DNA of 64,000 nucleotides from a phage. Below the pieces are notes generated by a model that saw only the letters and a program-made list of their open reading frames with translations, made no database searches and was not told the DNA's origin. Position numbers and translations under genes: made by a program. The stretch lies in the sequence record PZ583741.1; one strand, written 5' to 3'. Shown piece by piece: positions 52,314 to 61,699 of the stretch. Position 1 is the stretch's first letter; every line of letters begins with the position of its first letter.

Positions 52314-53877
52314 TTTGATAGTTTGGGATGAGTTAAATCATGCGCAGAAGATGGCTATCAAGGCCATCTCTGAGCATAGTTTCGAGGGGTTCTTGCGGTG
52401 TTTCTTCCAGATAACTCAGGGCGAGAGATTCAAAATGAATTGGCATGCGAAGTACCTTTGCCGCGTCATTGATGAGATTCTTGAGGGTAAGAGAAAGGAT
52501 ACCATCATAAACGTATCTCCGGGATCTGCCAAAACCGAACTGTTTAGCATCCACTTCCCTGTATATAGCATGATTAAGATTAAGAAGGTTAGGAATCTTA
52601 GTTTGTCGTTCTCTGACTCATTGGTTAAGCGCAACTCCAAGCGCGTAAGGGATTTGATAAAATCAAAGGAGTTCCAGGAGCTTTGGCCCTGCACCTTTGG
52701 AACGTGCAGGGATGACGAGATTCAGGTTCTTGATGAGAATGGCAAAGTTAGGTTTGAGTCTATATCTAAGGCGATGGCTGGTCAGGTGACAGGAAGCAGG
52801 GGCGGCTACATGACTGACGATTATAGTGGTTGCATAATGCTGGATGACCCACTAAAGCCTGATGACGCGTTAAGTAATGTAAGAAGAGAGGCTGTCAATA
52901 TGCTTCTCAAGAACACAATCCGTTCACGTCGAGCTAGCTCAGTAAAGGGAAAAGAAACGCCAATACTTTCCGTGCAGCAAAGACTTCATGTTCTGGACAC
53001 TAGCCACTTCATGGAGTCAGGGCAAATGGGCATAAAGTTCGACGTAGTGAAAGTTCCAGCCATAGTCACAGAGGATTACGCCGACACGCTTCCTGATTGG
53101 ATCAAACAACAATTTATTGATGATGTTCTTTCATCACCATTTGTAGAGCGGGATGGAGTTAAGTATTACAGCTACTTTCCGGCAAAGGAGTCAATAGAAG
53201 ACCTGATGGCTATGTGGGATGCTGACCCGTACACGTTCCTTAGTCAGTACCAGCAGGAACCTGTAGCTCTGGGCGGCAATCTTATTAATGTGGATTGGTT
53301 CCAGCGCCTTAGTGATACATTCATACCTCCAGCCAAGTATGATTATCGATTCATCACATGCGATACCGCGATGACCACTAAAAGTTACAGCGACTTCTCT
53401 GTTCTTCAGTTGTGGGGCTATAAAGATGCTAAGATTTACCTTATTGATCAGCGCAGGGGTAAATGGGAGGCCCCAGAGTTGGAGGCTGAACTTCTGGACT
53501 TTGAGAAGAAATCAAGGGCAACCAGTCAGTCAGATGGTATCCTCAGAAAGATTATTATCGAGAAGAAAGCGTCTGGTATCGGCCTGATTCAATCAGCTGG
53601 CAGGGTTATGCGAACACCGATAGAGCCATACGTACCGGATAATGACAAGCTAACCAGGGTGATGAGTGCACTACCACAGATTAAGGCTGGTAACGTAGTT
53701 CTTCCAGAGTCATCGCCGTGGCTAAACGGATTGCTCACTGAGGTTGCGGCTTTTACGGCAGATGACTCGCATAAGCACGACGACCAAATTGACTGTCTAA
53801 CAATGGCGGTAAACCTTGTACTTAACATCGCTGATGATCCTAAGGCGAGACTGATGCGCATAGCGGGAATGAAATAG
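52306..53877 (+). CDS. terminase large subunit
   Basis: Walker A-like VSPGSAKTE; C-terminal nuclease Asp residues; overlaps HNH stop by 8 nt. Confidence 0.8.
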   Translation: MSDLIVWDELNHAQKMAIKAISEHSFEGFLRCFFQITQGERFKMNWHAKYLCRVIDEILEGKRKDTIINVSPGSAKTELFSIHFPVYSMIKIKKVRNLSLSFSDSLVKRNSKRVRDLIKSKEFQELWPCTFGTCRDDEIQVLDENGKVRFESISKAMAGQVTGSRGGYMTDDYSGCIMLDDPLKPDDALSNVRREAVNMLLKNTIRSRRASSVKGKETPILSVQQRLHVLDTSHFMESGQMGIKFDVVKVPAIVTEDYADTLPDWIKQQFIDDVLSSPFVERDGVKYYSYFPAKESIEDLMAMWDADPYTFLSQYQQEPVALGGNLINVDWFQRLSDTFIPPAKYDYRFITCDTAMTTKSYSDFSVLQLWGYKDAKIYLIDQRRGKWEAPELEAELLDFEKKSRATSQSDGILRKIIIEKKASGIGLIQSAGRVMRTPIEPYVPDNDKLTRVMSALPQIKAGNVVLPESSPWLNGLLTEVAAFTADDSHKHDDQIDCLTMAVNLVLNIADDPKARLMRIAGMK

Positions 53878-53917
53878 CACAAATTGCTAAACACTAAAGC
53901 CACGGATGGCGTATAGT
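53874..53917 (+). promoter_or_regulatory. B-module promoter cassette 7 (variant ATAGCACAAATTGCTAAA)
   Basis: terminase stop TAG is inside motif; TATAGT at fixed spacing. Confidence 0.45.
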
Positions 53918-53946
53918 TACTTCACACAAAAGAGAGGAGAAGAAAG

Positions 53947-54279
53947 ATGAAGGCAGTATTTAAAGGTTATAAAAAAGCTGGTCGTTTGGAATTTACTATT
54001 GGTAAGATTTATGAGTTATCAGAAACACGCGGAGTGGGTGGATATATGGTGGTGACTGATGACGGTGGCTTTCGGGCAATATTTATCCCAGACAACATCT
54101 ATGATTTCGAGGTGTTGATCCCAGATGAATTTATCGGTAAAGAAAAGCAATTCAAATATTACATCAATGGCGAAGCTGTTTCTAAAGTCAAGTTCGATGA
54201 TACACTGTTATGCGTCAAGGAATTTAAATCTGATGGCATTGATACATCATCAATCAAGTTCGAAGTAAAATTCGAGTAA
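53947..54279 (+). CDS. hypothetical protein
   Basis: 110 aa, GAGAGGAG RBS, own promoter and terminator. Confidence 0.5.
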   Translation: MKAVFKGYKKAGRLEFTIGKIYELSETRGVGGYMVVTDDGGFRAIFIPDNIYDFEVLIPDEFIGKEKQFKYYINGEAVSKVKFDDTLLCVKEFKSDGIDTSSIKFEVKFE

Positions 54280-54298
54280 CCACAAAAGCTATGATAAA

Positions 54299-54325
54299 CT
54301 AGCCCCTAAATGGGGCTTTTTTATT
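54299..54325 (+). terminator. rho-independent terminator
   Basis: hairpin agcccctaaatggggct plus T6. Confidence 0.6.
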
Positions 54326-54335
54326 GGAGAAAAAC

Positions 54336-55562
54336 ATGGTCAAGACAGACAGCTACGCCAATATCTTTCTAGGCGGCAGTGATGGTAGTGAGATTTACGG
54401 GAGCTTGCAGAACCAAGCGCCTACAATTCTGGCTTCGCTTTATGCGGATAATGCACTGGTGCGTCGAATTATCGACACAATCCCGGAGACGGCATTAGCG
54501 GCAGGATTCCACATTGACGGCATTGATGACGAGCCTGCATTCTGGTCTCGCTGGGACTATCTGGAGTTGACAAGGCACATCAACGAAGCGTGGTCGTGGG
54601 CTAGATTGTTCGGTGGAGCGGCAATTGTCGCTATCGTTAAGGACAACAGAGCTCTAACAAGCCCAGTCAGAGAAGGTTCTGAGCTTGAAACTGTTCGCGT
54701 ATACGACCGCACACAAGTAAAAGTCCAAACTCGAGAGGAGAATCCGCGCAACGCACGTTTTGGTAATCCACTAACCTATCGCATCACCACTAATGAGAGC
54801 GATATGTTTTACGATGTGCATTACAGCCGCATTCATATCATCGACGGAGAGCGAATCCCTAACGTAATGCGTCGGCAAAATGATGGCTGGGGCCGCAGCG
54901 TTCTCTCCAGTGATATTCTTGACTCAATCAAGGATTACACCAACTGCGAACGACTAGCGACTCAACTGCTCAAGCGTAAACAGCAAGCGGTCTGGAAAGT
55001 CAAGGACCTGGCATTGCTTTGTGATGATAGTGAAGGAGTTGGCGCGGCTCGTTTACGTCTCGCTCAAGTTGATAACAACAGCGGAGTTGGTCAGGCAATT
55101 GGCATTGATGCGGAATCGGAAGAATACAGCATTCTGAACTCTGATATTGGTGGGATTGATGCGTTCCTGGATAAGAAGTTCGACAGAATCGTTGCTCTGA
55201 GCGGCATCCATGAAATAATCCTGAAGAACAAGAACGTCGGCGGCTTATCATCAAGCCAGAATACAGCGCTTGAGACATTCCATAAGCTAGTCGATCGAAA
55301 GCGTAACGCTGAACTGCTGCCGATTCTCGGGTTCCTGATTCCGTTCATTTCAGACGAGCAAGAATGGTCAGTGGAGTTTAATCCTCTGGCTCAGGAATCA
55401 AGTAAAGATAAAGCGGAGACCCTTGAGAAGAACGTAAACAGTATAGCAACACTAATTGCAGCTGGCGCTATGGATACTAGCGAAGCGCGTGATACACTAC
55501 GAACTATCGCGCCAGAGATTAAGATTGGCGATGGCAATATCGAACCTAAAGAACCAGTCTAG
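54336..55562 (+). CDS. putative portal protein
   Basis: 408 aa; between large terminase and scaffold. Confidence 0.5.
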   Translation: MVKTDSYANIFLGGSDGSEIYGSLQNQAPTILASLYADNALVRRIIDTIPETALAAGFHIDGIDDEPAFWSRWDYLELTRHINEAWSWARLFGGAAIVAIVKDNRALTSPVREGSELETVRVYDRTQVKVQTREENPRNARFGNPLTYRITTNESDMFYDVHYSRIHIIDGERIPNVMRRQNDGWGRSVLSSDILDSIKDYTNCERLATQLLKRKQQAVWKVKDLALLCDDSEGVGAARLRLAQVDNNSGVGQAIGIDAESEEYSILNSDIGGIDAFLDKKFDRIVALSGIHEIILKNKNVGGLSSSQNTALETFHKLVDRKRNAELLPILGFLIPFISDEQEWSVEFNPLAQESSKDKAETLEKNVNSIATLIAAGAMDTSEARDTLRTIAPEIKIGDGNIEPKEPV

Positions 55563-55631
55563 GAAGCAATGGCGACGACAGAGGAACCTAATGAATGATG
55601 AATTTGATGGCTTTTAGTGAGGAGAATTGGG

Positions 55632-56717
55632 ATGTCTAAAGCCCGCTATGACAGTGTAAAGTTTAAAGCAACAATCGACGAGAATGGATTCTTAGTTGAC
55701 ACTCCGGTAGTCGCTCGTCTCGGCGTGCAAGTCTACTACATGGAAGATGGTCGAACGGTTCGAGAGTTTCGCCCGGCAGAGGAGGTTTTCAATGATGAAT
55801 CTCTGGCAAGCTACCAGGGTAAGCCAATGACTCTTGATCATGTTTTCGTTAACTCAGAGAACGCTAAAGAGGTAGTAGTCGGCTCAGTTGCTGGAAAGGC
55901 AGAGCCATTAGGCAGCTCCGTGGTTGCTCCAATTGTTATTTACGATAATGCCGCCATTCAGGAAGCTATGTCAGGTAACGCAAAGGAGTTATCCGTTGGA
56001 TACTCATCAGTCATTGATTACACCCCAGGTTGGGGTGACCCTGTTACTGGTGAGTACTTCCTTAAGTCTGAAAGTGAGCTATTCGACGTACCAGAAGGAT
56101 GGCAGGAGTTCGACGCAATTCAGCGTGACATTAAAGTGAACCATCTCGCAATGGTATATCGCGGTCGCGCAGGTATTGCCAAATTGAATATGGACGGTGA
56201 GCAGGAAAACCCGTATACTACTGACGTTGATATCAATAAAGAGGATAAACAGGAAATGATTAAGATTAAACTAGACGGCGCGCAGGAATTCGAAGTCGCC
56301 CCAGAAATCGCTTCTCACATCGAAGCGCTGAACGCAAAGGCTGACACTGCAATCGCAGAGCGCGACTCGCTGAAAGCTAAGGTAGATGCAATTCCAGCTG
56401 AAATCGAGAAAGCAGTAGCTAAAGCTAAAGCTGATGCCGATGCCCTAGCCGCTCTGGTTGCTGTTGCTGCTGAAGCTGGTGTTAAGGCTGACGGCCTGGA
56501 TGCTAAAGGCATTAAAGTTGCTTACGTTAAAGAAGTCTCCAGTCTTGATGTTTCCGAGAAGTCTGACGCTTACATCGACGCAGCGTTCGACATTGCCAAA
56601 GAATCTGATAAAATGGCTGAAGTACGTAAAGCGACTACCGCTTCCGACAAATCTGACAGCGCCGAAGAGCCTAAGAAATTAGACCCGCGTGCTCGTTTAG
56701 CTAAAATTAAGAAATAA
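55632..56717 (+). CDS. putative scaffolding protein / prohead protease
   Basis: GAGGAG RBS; Ala/Lys/Glu-rich coiled-coil C-terminus. Confidence 0.55.
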   Translation: MSKARYDSVKFKATIDENGFLVDTPVVARLGVQVYYMEDGRTVREFRPAEEVFNDESLASYQGKPMTLDHVFVNSENAKEVVVGSVAGKAEPLGSSVVAPIVIYDNAAIQEAMSGNAKELSVGYSSVIDYTPGWGDPVTGEYFLKSESELFDVPEGWQEFDAIQRDIKVNHLAMVYRGRAGIAKLNMDGEQENPYTTDVDINKEDKQEMIKIKLDGAQEFEVAPEIASHIEALNAKADTAIAERDSLKAKVDAIPAEIEKAVAKAKADADALAALVAVAAEAGVKADGLDAKGIKVAYVKEVSSLDVSEKSDAYIDAAFDIAKESDKMAEVRKATTASDKSDSAEEPKKLDPRARLAKIKK

Positions 56718-56729
56718 GGAGTTATAAAC

Positions 56730-57239
56730 ATGGCAATTCGTTCCGTAGCACTGGCTGGTATGGTTTCTGATACCTCTCTGTATAACATCGACGGCGCTTG
56801 CGTAGTTGGCGGCAGCGATGCAATTCCGGTTGGTACTGTTGTTGGTGTAACAGCCGCTCAGCCTATAGATGGTCACAAAGTTGTTGGCCTTCCAGCTGTA
56901 ACTGGCACGGCAGTTAAACCTTATGGTGTTGTTGTTAAATCTCATTACGAGACTCCAGATGGCACAGCTCGCGTAAATGAAGCAGTTAACGTAATGACTC
57001 ATGGTCGCATCTGGGTTCGCACCACTTTAGCAGCCGCGCCAGTTTTTGGTAGCAAGGTTTTCGTAAACGCAAGTGGTGTAGTTGTTGCTGAAGCGGCTAC
57101 TACTACTTGGGAAACTGGTTTTACATTTGCTGGCGGTTACATCGCAAACACTGGCACAGACCCACAAAACCTGAGCGTTGATGGTGCCCTAGTTGAGGTT
57201 CAGCTTATCCAATCCACGGACTCAACCGTTGCAGCATAA
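56730..57239 (+). CDS. putative head decoration protein
   Basis: 169 aa between scaffold and major capsid genes. Confidence 0.45.
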   Translation: MAIRSVALAGMVSDTSLYNIDGACVVGGSDAIPVGTVVGVTAAQPIDGHKVVGLPAVTGTAVKPYGVVVKSHYETPDGTARVNEAVNVMTHGRIWVRTTLAAAPVFGSKVFVNASGVVVAEAATTTWETGFTFAGGYIANTGTDPQNLSVDGALVEVQLIQSTDSTVAA

Positions 57240-57253
57240 TAGTTAAGACTAAA

Positions 57254-57280
57254 CTAACCCGCTTCGGCGGGTTTTTTATT
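57254..57280 (+). terminator. rho-independent terminator (UUCG loop)
   Basis: aacccgcttcggcgggtt plus T6. Confidence 0.6.
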
Positions 57281-57362
57281 GCCTATCATCTCATCATTGC
57301 GTGGTCTAAAAACTCGTGTATAATGAACACGTAGACACCTAACTGAAAAGGAACAATAAAGA

Positions 57363-58304
57363 ATGGCCATTAAATTTGATGCAGAACAAGCAAAAATCAC
57401 CGCTCATCTCGAGCAAATGGGCGTAGACAAAGCTGATGCCGCTGGTATCTGGACCGTTAAGCAACTGACCGCCAATCTGGCACGTGCTTACGAAAAAGAA
57501 TATCCAGACAACTCCGTTGTTAATATCTTCCCTGTAACCAATGAAATCCCAGGTCATGCGAAATATTTCGAATATCCAGAATTTGACGGCGTTGGCATTG
57601 CTCAGATTATCGCTGATTACTCTGACGACTTGCCGCTGGTTGATGCGTTTATGACAGAGAAACAAGGTAAAGTGTTCCGCTTCGGTAACGCGTTCCTGAT
57701 CTCTACTGATGAAATCAAAGCTGGCGCTGCTACTGGTCAATCGCTGTCATCTCGTAAGCAGGCGTTGGCATTCGAAGCGCACGATAACCTGTTGGATAAA
57801 CTGGTATGGTCCGGCTCTACACCGCACGGCATTCCTAGCGTATTCGACCATCCGAACATCAACAACGTTGTTGCTGGTACGTGGAACTCCGCAGCTGCCG
57901 CCATGACTGATATTACCGCACTTATTGATGCAATCGAGACTTCGACTAATGGCACTCACACCGCAACTGATATTCTGCTGCCTGCTTCCGCTCGCCGCTT
58001 GATGCAAGAGCTGGTTCCTAACACCTCTATCAGTTACGCGCAGCTGTTCGCCACCAACAACTCGGGTATCAATCTGCGTTACCTTCAGTTCCTGGATAAC
58101 TACGATGGCGCAGGCGGCAAAGCTGCTCTGGCTTTTGAGAAGGATGCATTAAATATGTCTATCGAGATCCCGGAGGCCACTAACGTACTTCCTGGTCAAA
58201 TGAAGGATTTACATATCAAGTACCCCGTAACCTCTAAGGCTACAGGTTTGATTTTATATCGTCCTCTGACGATGGCGGTAATGAAAGGCATTACCTACGA
58301 GTAA
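57363..58304 (+). CDS. major capsid protein
   Basis: 313 aa; own promoter and strong terminator. Confidence 0.65.
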   Translation: MAIKFDAEQAKITAHLEQMGVDKADAAGIWTVKQLTANLARAYEKEYPDNSVVNIFPVTNEIPGHAKYFEYPEFDGVGIAQIIADYSDDLPLVDAFMTEKQGKVFRFGNAFLISTDEIKAGAATGQSLSSRKQALAFEAHDNLLDKLVWSGSTPHGIPSVFDHPNINNVVAGTWNSAAAAMTDITALIDAIETSTNGTHTATDILLPASARRLMQELVPNTSISYAQLFATNNSGINLRYLQFLDNYDGAGGKAALAFEKDALNMSIEIPEATNVLPGQMKDLHIKYPVTSKATGLILYRPLTMAVMKGITYE

Positions 58305-58307
58305 TAA

Positions 58308-58333
58308 ATGGCCCTCTTCGGAGGGCTTTTTTA
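58308..58333 (+). terminator. rho-independent terminator (UUCG loop)
   Basis: gccctcttcggagggc plus T6. Confidence 0.6.
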
Positions 58334-58396
58334 CGTCTGTACCAAATGGAATTGTTGGGTTATAATCACTCAATCAGATAAACAAAGGAGACAAAA

Positions 58397-58642
58397 ATGA
58401 TTCGTTTAGAACACACTGGCGCTTGCCTTATCGTTTACAGTGGCGAGAAATATCTACCTGGTGACACTTTCGAGGTTGATGTAATTTGCGACGGACTAAA
58501 GCGTTTAATCGCAGAGGGCAAACTCACCATTGATGGTGATGCCAAAGCAACCAAACAGATTGCGCAGGAAGTTGTTAGCAAGAAAAAGCGCAAGGAACCG
58601 AAAACCATCTCCGAAGCTGAGACTGGCAACGAGTACAAATAA
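58397..58642 (+). CDS. hypothetical structural protein
   Basis: 81 aa, AAGGAG RBS. Confidence 0.45.
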   Translation: MIRLEHTGACLIVYSGEKYLPGDTFEVDVICDGLKRLIAEGKLTIDGDAKATKQIAQEVVSKKKRKEPKTISEAETGNEYK

Positions 58643-58683
58643 CAAACAGGGGGCTTAGGCCTCCTTTATTGTATGGAGCTAAT

Positions 58684-59085
58684 ATGAATGATGCAATTTT
58701 GGCGTTTATGCGCTCACTCGTTCCTGCGCTCAAGGCAGTGGATGACGAATCAATTAATGTATGGATTGATTTGGCACGTCTATACGTATGCGAAAGCAAG
58801 TTTGGCGCAGACAAAGATAAGGCAGTAGGACTTTACGCATTACACTTGATGCTTGCTGATGGCGCATTTAAGGGTGAGAATGAAGGATTGGAAACATACA
58901 GCCGTAGAATGGCAAGTTATGCACTGAGCGGTGAATTCTCTATCACCTACGATAACCAATCAGCAATCCAGGGTGATTTATCATCTTCCTCCTGGGGTCG
59001 TATGTACAAAGCACTGCTCCGCAAGAAAGGTGGCGGCTTTGGATTGATTACTTCCGCTGGTGGCGGTGGGTGCGGTTGCCGATGA
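58684..59085 (+). CDS. putative head-tail connector
   Basis: gene order. Confidence 0.4.
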   Translation: MNDAILAFMRSLVPALKAVDDESINVWIDLARLYVCESKFGADKDKAVGLYALHLMLADGAFKGENEGLETYSRRMASYALSGEFSITYDNQSAIQGDLSSSSWGRMYKALLRKKGGGFGLITSAGGGGCGCR

Positions 59086-59453
59086 ACTACAGCGAAATCG
59101 AATCAATCACTCGCTCTGGAATTAACTTCTTTAGTGATGCTAATGGTGTTTACGAGATGAGCACTGGCGCTGGATATGTTGAAATCGTTAACGGAGTTGA
59201 AGTAGAAGTGCCAGCGCAAACATTCCAGCTAAAAGGCTTAGTGCGAGAAATCAAGACGCGCGATATTGATGGTGAGTTTATCCAGTTTGGCGATAAGCGC
59301 GGAATCTTCACGGCTCAGGTGGAAATTAAGCAGGGTTATCAGATTAAAGTTGATGGTGAGACTTTTGTTGTCGTTGACCCGCGCCCAGTTAAACCGACTG
59401 GCACAGTTGTTGGGTATAGACCGATTCTTCGTAGGGTGGCTACTTATGGCTAG
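59082..59453 (+). CDS. putative head-tail joining protein
   Basis: ATGA overlap with upstream gene. Confidence 0.4.
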   Translation: MNYSEIESITRSGINFFSDANGVYEMSTGAGYVEIVNGVEVEVPAQTFQLKGLVREIKTRDIDGEFIQFGDKRGIFTAQVEIKQGYQIKVDGETFVVVDPRPVKPTGTVVGYRPILRRVATYG

Positions 59454-59883
59454 AAATATTGGAAGCGTTGCTACGTTTGAGAAATCTATTGCTGACTGGA
59501 TTGACAGAGCAGATAATGGATTTGAAATTGTAGTAGCTAATACAGTTACCAAGACAGCTAATGCAATTGTTGACCTTTCTCCTGTCGACACTGGTAGGTT
59601 CAAAGCTAACTGGCAAATCACCGCAAACTCACCAGCTCAGCAATCACTGAATGAGTACGATCAGACTGGTGGGCAGACAAAAACATATCTCGCCAGACAG
59701 GCTAGAGCTGTCGCCAACTCAAAAGCTACGAGTGTTATTTATATAACCAACCGACTTGATTACGCTGCTGGGCTTGAGTATGGGGCATCAAATCAGGCTC
59801 CAGCTGGCGTTTTGGGTGTTGTGCAAGCAAGGTTGGGCAGGTACTTCCAGGAAGCGGTAGAGGAGGCTCGTCGTGCAATATGA
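59446..59883 (+). CDS. putative HK97 gp10-like head-tail connector
   Basis: SPVDTGRFKANW motif. Confidence 0.45.
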   Translation: MARNIGSVATFEKSIADWIDRADNGFEIVVANTVTKTANAIVDLSPVDTGRFKANWQITANSPAQQSLNEYDQTGGQTKTYLARQARAVANSKATSVIYITNRLDYAAGLEYGASNQAPAGVLGVVQARLGRYFQEAVEEARRAI

Positions 59884-60274
59884 ATTATCATTAGCAGCAA
59901 GGAAATTCGTCAACGATTTGTTGGTAAATGAATTTCCGGTCAGGTATCCAGTTGCGTGGGAGAACGCTAAGTTTACTCCTCCTGTCGATGGCTCAATCTG
60001 GCTTAAGTACGACTACACGGAAGTTGACACCGTAACTTACGGATTAAGCAGGAAGTGCAAATACTACGTAGGCATGGTGCAGATTTCAGTATTCTTCAGT
60101 CCTGGTACTGGAATTGATAAGCCGAGACGTATTGCTAATCAATTGGCAGAATCTATCGTTGATGGTACAATGCTTGACAGCGGGACCATTTATGAGTCTG
60201 GAGTTGTTAACCCCGTTATCAAATCCAAGTCTGGGTGGTTTATCCCGGTTCGTTTTTATGTTCGTCTAGACTAA
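59873..60274 (+). CDS. putative tail completion protein (GTG start)
   Basis: AGGAGG RBS 6 nt before GTG. Confidence 0.4.
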   Translation: MQYELSLAARKFVNDLLVNEFPVRYPVAWENAKFTPPVDGSIWLKYDYTEVDTVTYGLSRKCKYYVGMVQISVFFSPGTGIDKPRRIANQLAESIVDGTMLDSGTIYESGVVNPVIKSKSGWFIPVRFYVRLD

Positions 60275-60289
60275 CAAAAGGAAAAATAC

Positions 60290-60946
60290 ATGGCTCATTT
60301 ATCAAACGGCACCCAGGTGTTCGTAGAAGGCTCTCGCGGAACTGCAATTGACGTAACAGCAATTTCTAACGCAGTTACACCTGTTTTAACTGTATCTGAC
60401 GCATCAGGCTTGGTTGTTGGTGATTACCTGCTTTTCACCTCCTCTGCTTCGACGCTTCTGGCTGACAAGCAGGTTCGCGTAACTGCAATCTCTGGCACGT
60501 CAGTAACTGTTGAAGGTATTGATACATCCAGCACTACCAAGTTCCCAGCTGGTTTAACTGGTGAAGTTGTTAAGATCACTTCATGGTTCGAAGTTCCTTG
60601 TGTTCAGGATGTATCTACTGATGGTGGCGAACAGCAATTCGTTAACTTCCAGTGTCTTTCTGATGACCGTGAACAGCAGATTCCTACTTATAAGTCTGCG
60701 GTAACGAACACCTTCACCTTCGCTCACGAGTACACCAACCCGGTCTATCCGGTTCTGCGTAACTACGATGAGTCAGGTCAGGTTGTTGCAATTCGCCTGT
60801 TCGTACCTCGCGCTCAGGAAATGCGCTTGCAGTCCGGCACTATCGCTTTCAACGACACCCCTACCATTGGTGTTAACGAAATCGAAACGGTATCCATCGC
60901 AGTATCCATTCGTGGTCGCCTGTCCTCTGTGGCAGCTGAAGTTTAA
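60290..60946 (+). CDS. major tail (tube) protein
   Basis: 218 aa, AAGGAA RBS, upstream of chaperone pair and tape measure. Confidence 0.6.
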   Translation: MAHLSNGTQVFVEGSRGTAIDVTAISNAVTPVLTVSDASGLVVGDYLLFTSSASTLLADKQVRVTAISGTSVTVEGIDTSSTTKFPAGLTGEVVKITSWFEVPCVQDVSTDGGEQQFVNFQCLSDDREQQIPTYKSAVTNTFTFAHEYTNPVYPVLRNYDESGQVVAIRLFVPRAQEMRLQSGTIAFNDTPTIGVNEIETVSIAVSIRGRLSSVAAEV

Positions 60947-60949
60947 AGC

Positions 60950-60977
60950 ATAAACCCTCTTCGGAGGGTTTTTTATT
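60950..60977 (+). terminator. rho-independent terminator (UUCG loop)
   Basis: aaccctcttcggagggtt plus T5. Confidence 0.6.
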
Positions 60978-61029
60978 GCTACCAACCTGCTATAATGCAA
61001 TCTCACAAACAATAAGAGGATTAACTAAG

Positions 61030-61344
61030 ATGGCAAAGTTCAAACTTTCACTGGCGGCACTCCCAGACTTTAAGCTACCAGTAAAATTTAAGCTGGCTAA
61101 CGACCAGGATGTAGAGGTTATCTTTACAGTCAAGCACAAGAAAACATCAGAGCTTCAGGTGTTACTACAGAAAGAAGACCTGAGTACTAAAGAATTGATT
61201 ATGGCAATCGCCTCTGATTGGGACTTGGAAGAGGAATATAACGAGGATAACGTTAATGAGTTCTCTGACCTGTTCCCAGCTTCAACCGTTGCCCTTACTA
61301 CCGCTTATATGCAAGCGCTTGCTGGTCAGCGAGTAAAAAACTAA
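61030..61344 (+). CDS. tail assembly chaperone (G-like)
   Basis: 104 aa directly before tape measure; AGAGGA RBS. Confidence 0.55.
   Translation: MAKFKLSLAALPDFKLPVKFKLANDQDVEVIFTVKHKKTSELQVLLQKEDLSTKELIMAIASDWDLEEEYNEDNVNEFSDLFPASTVALTTAYMQALAGQRVKN
61335..61341 (+). promoter_or_regulatory. -1 programmed frameshift slippery heptamer A_AAA_AAC
   Basis: X_XXY_YYZ in zero frame, 1 codon before the stop. Confidence 0.5.
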
Positions 61345-61664
61345 AACGAGCGGTGTATCTACAGTACCAGTCAGAGCCAACTGATGCCGAACTGGAAGCT
61401 ATTGGGATGCGCCGCTCTGATTACGAAGACGAAGAGCCTGAGGTTTTGCACTTTGACGACAACATGATGAAGGCGTGGGACATTTATTGCTCAATGGCTA
61501 CGCAGTGGAGAGTCGGAGCTAACGGAGCTACAGGCCTAGATTACAACGTGCTAAACTTCCTCTTTAGAGTGTATAATGTTTCTGAAGAAGAATTGGTACT
61601 CAGCGATTTACGCATCCTTGAAGCTAAGGCTCTTGAGATGATGGATAACCTGAGAAAAAAATAA
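61338..61664 (+). CDS. tail assembly chaperone extension (GT-like, reached by -1 frameshift)
   Basis: -1 frame ORF open from slip site to 61664, no ATG of its own. Confidence 0.45.
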   Translation, partial: KLKRAVYLQYQSEPTDAELEAIGMRRSDYEDEEPEVLHFDDNMMKAWDIYCSMATQWRVGANGATGLDYNVLNFLFRVYNVSEEELVLSDLRILEAKALEMMDNLRKK

Positions 61665-61688
61665 CCCGCTTCGGCGGGTTTTCTATTA
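61661..61688 (+). terminator. terminator/attenuator hairpin (same sequence as 57256..57273)
   Basis: aacccgcttcggcgggtt followed by ttctatt. Confidence 0.4.
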
Positions 61689-61699
61689 TGGAGGCTTAG

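Noticed and set aside
47703-53917. CRISPR-like array of repeated 18-bp motifs
   Set aside because: Repeats are 150 to 4000 bp apart at irregular spacing, each followed by a promoter -10 and a gene; no short unique spacers and no cas genes.
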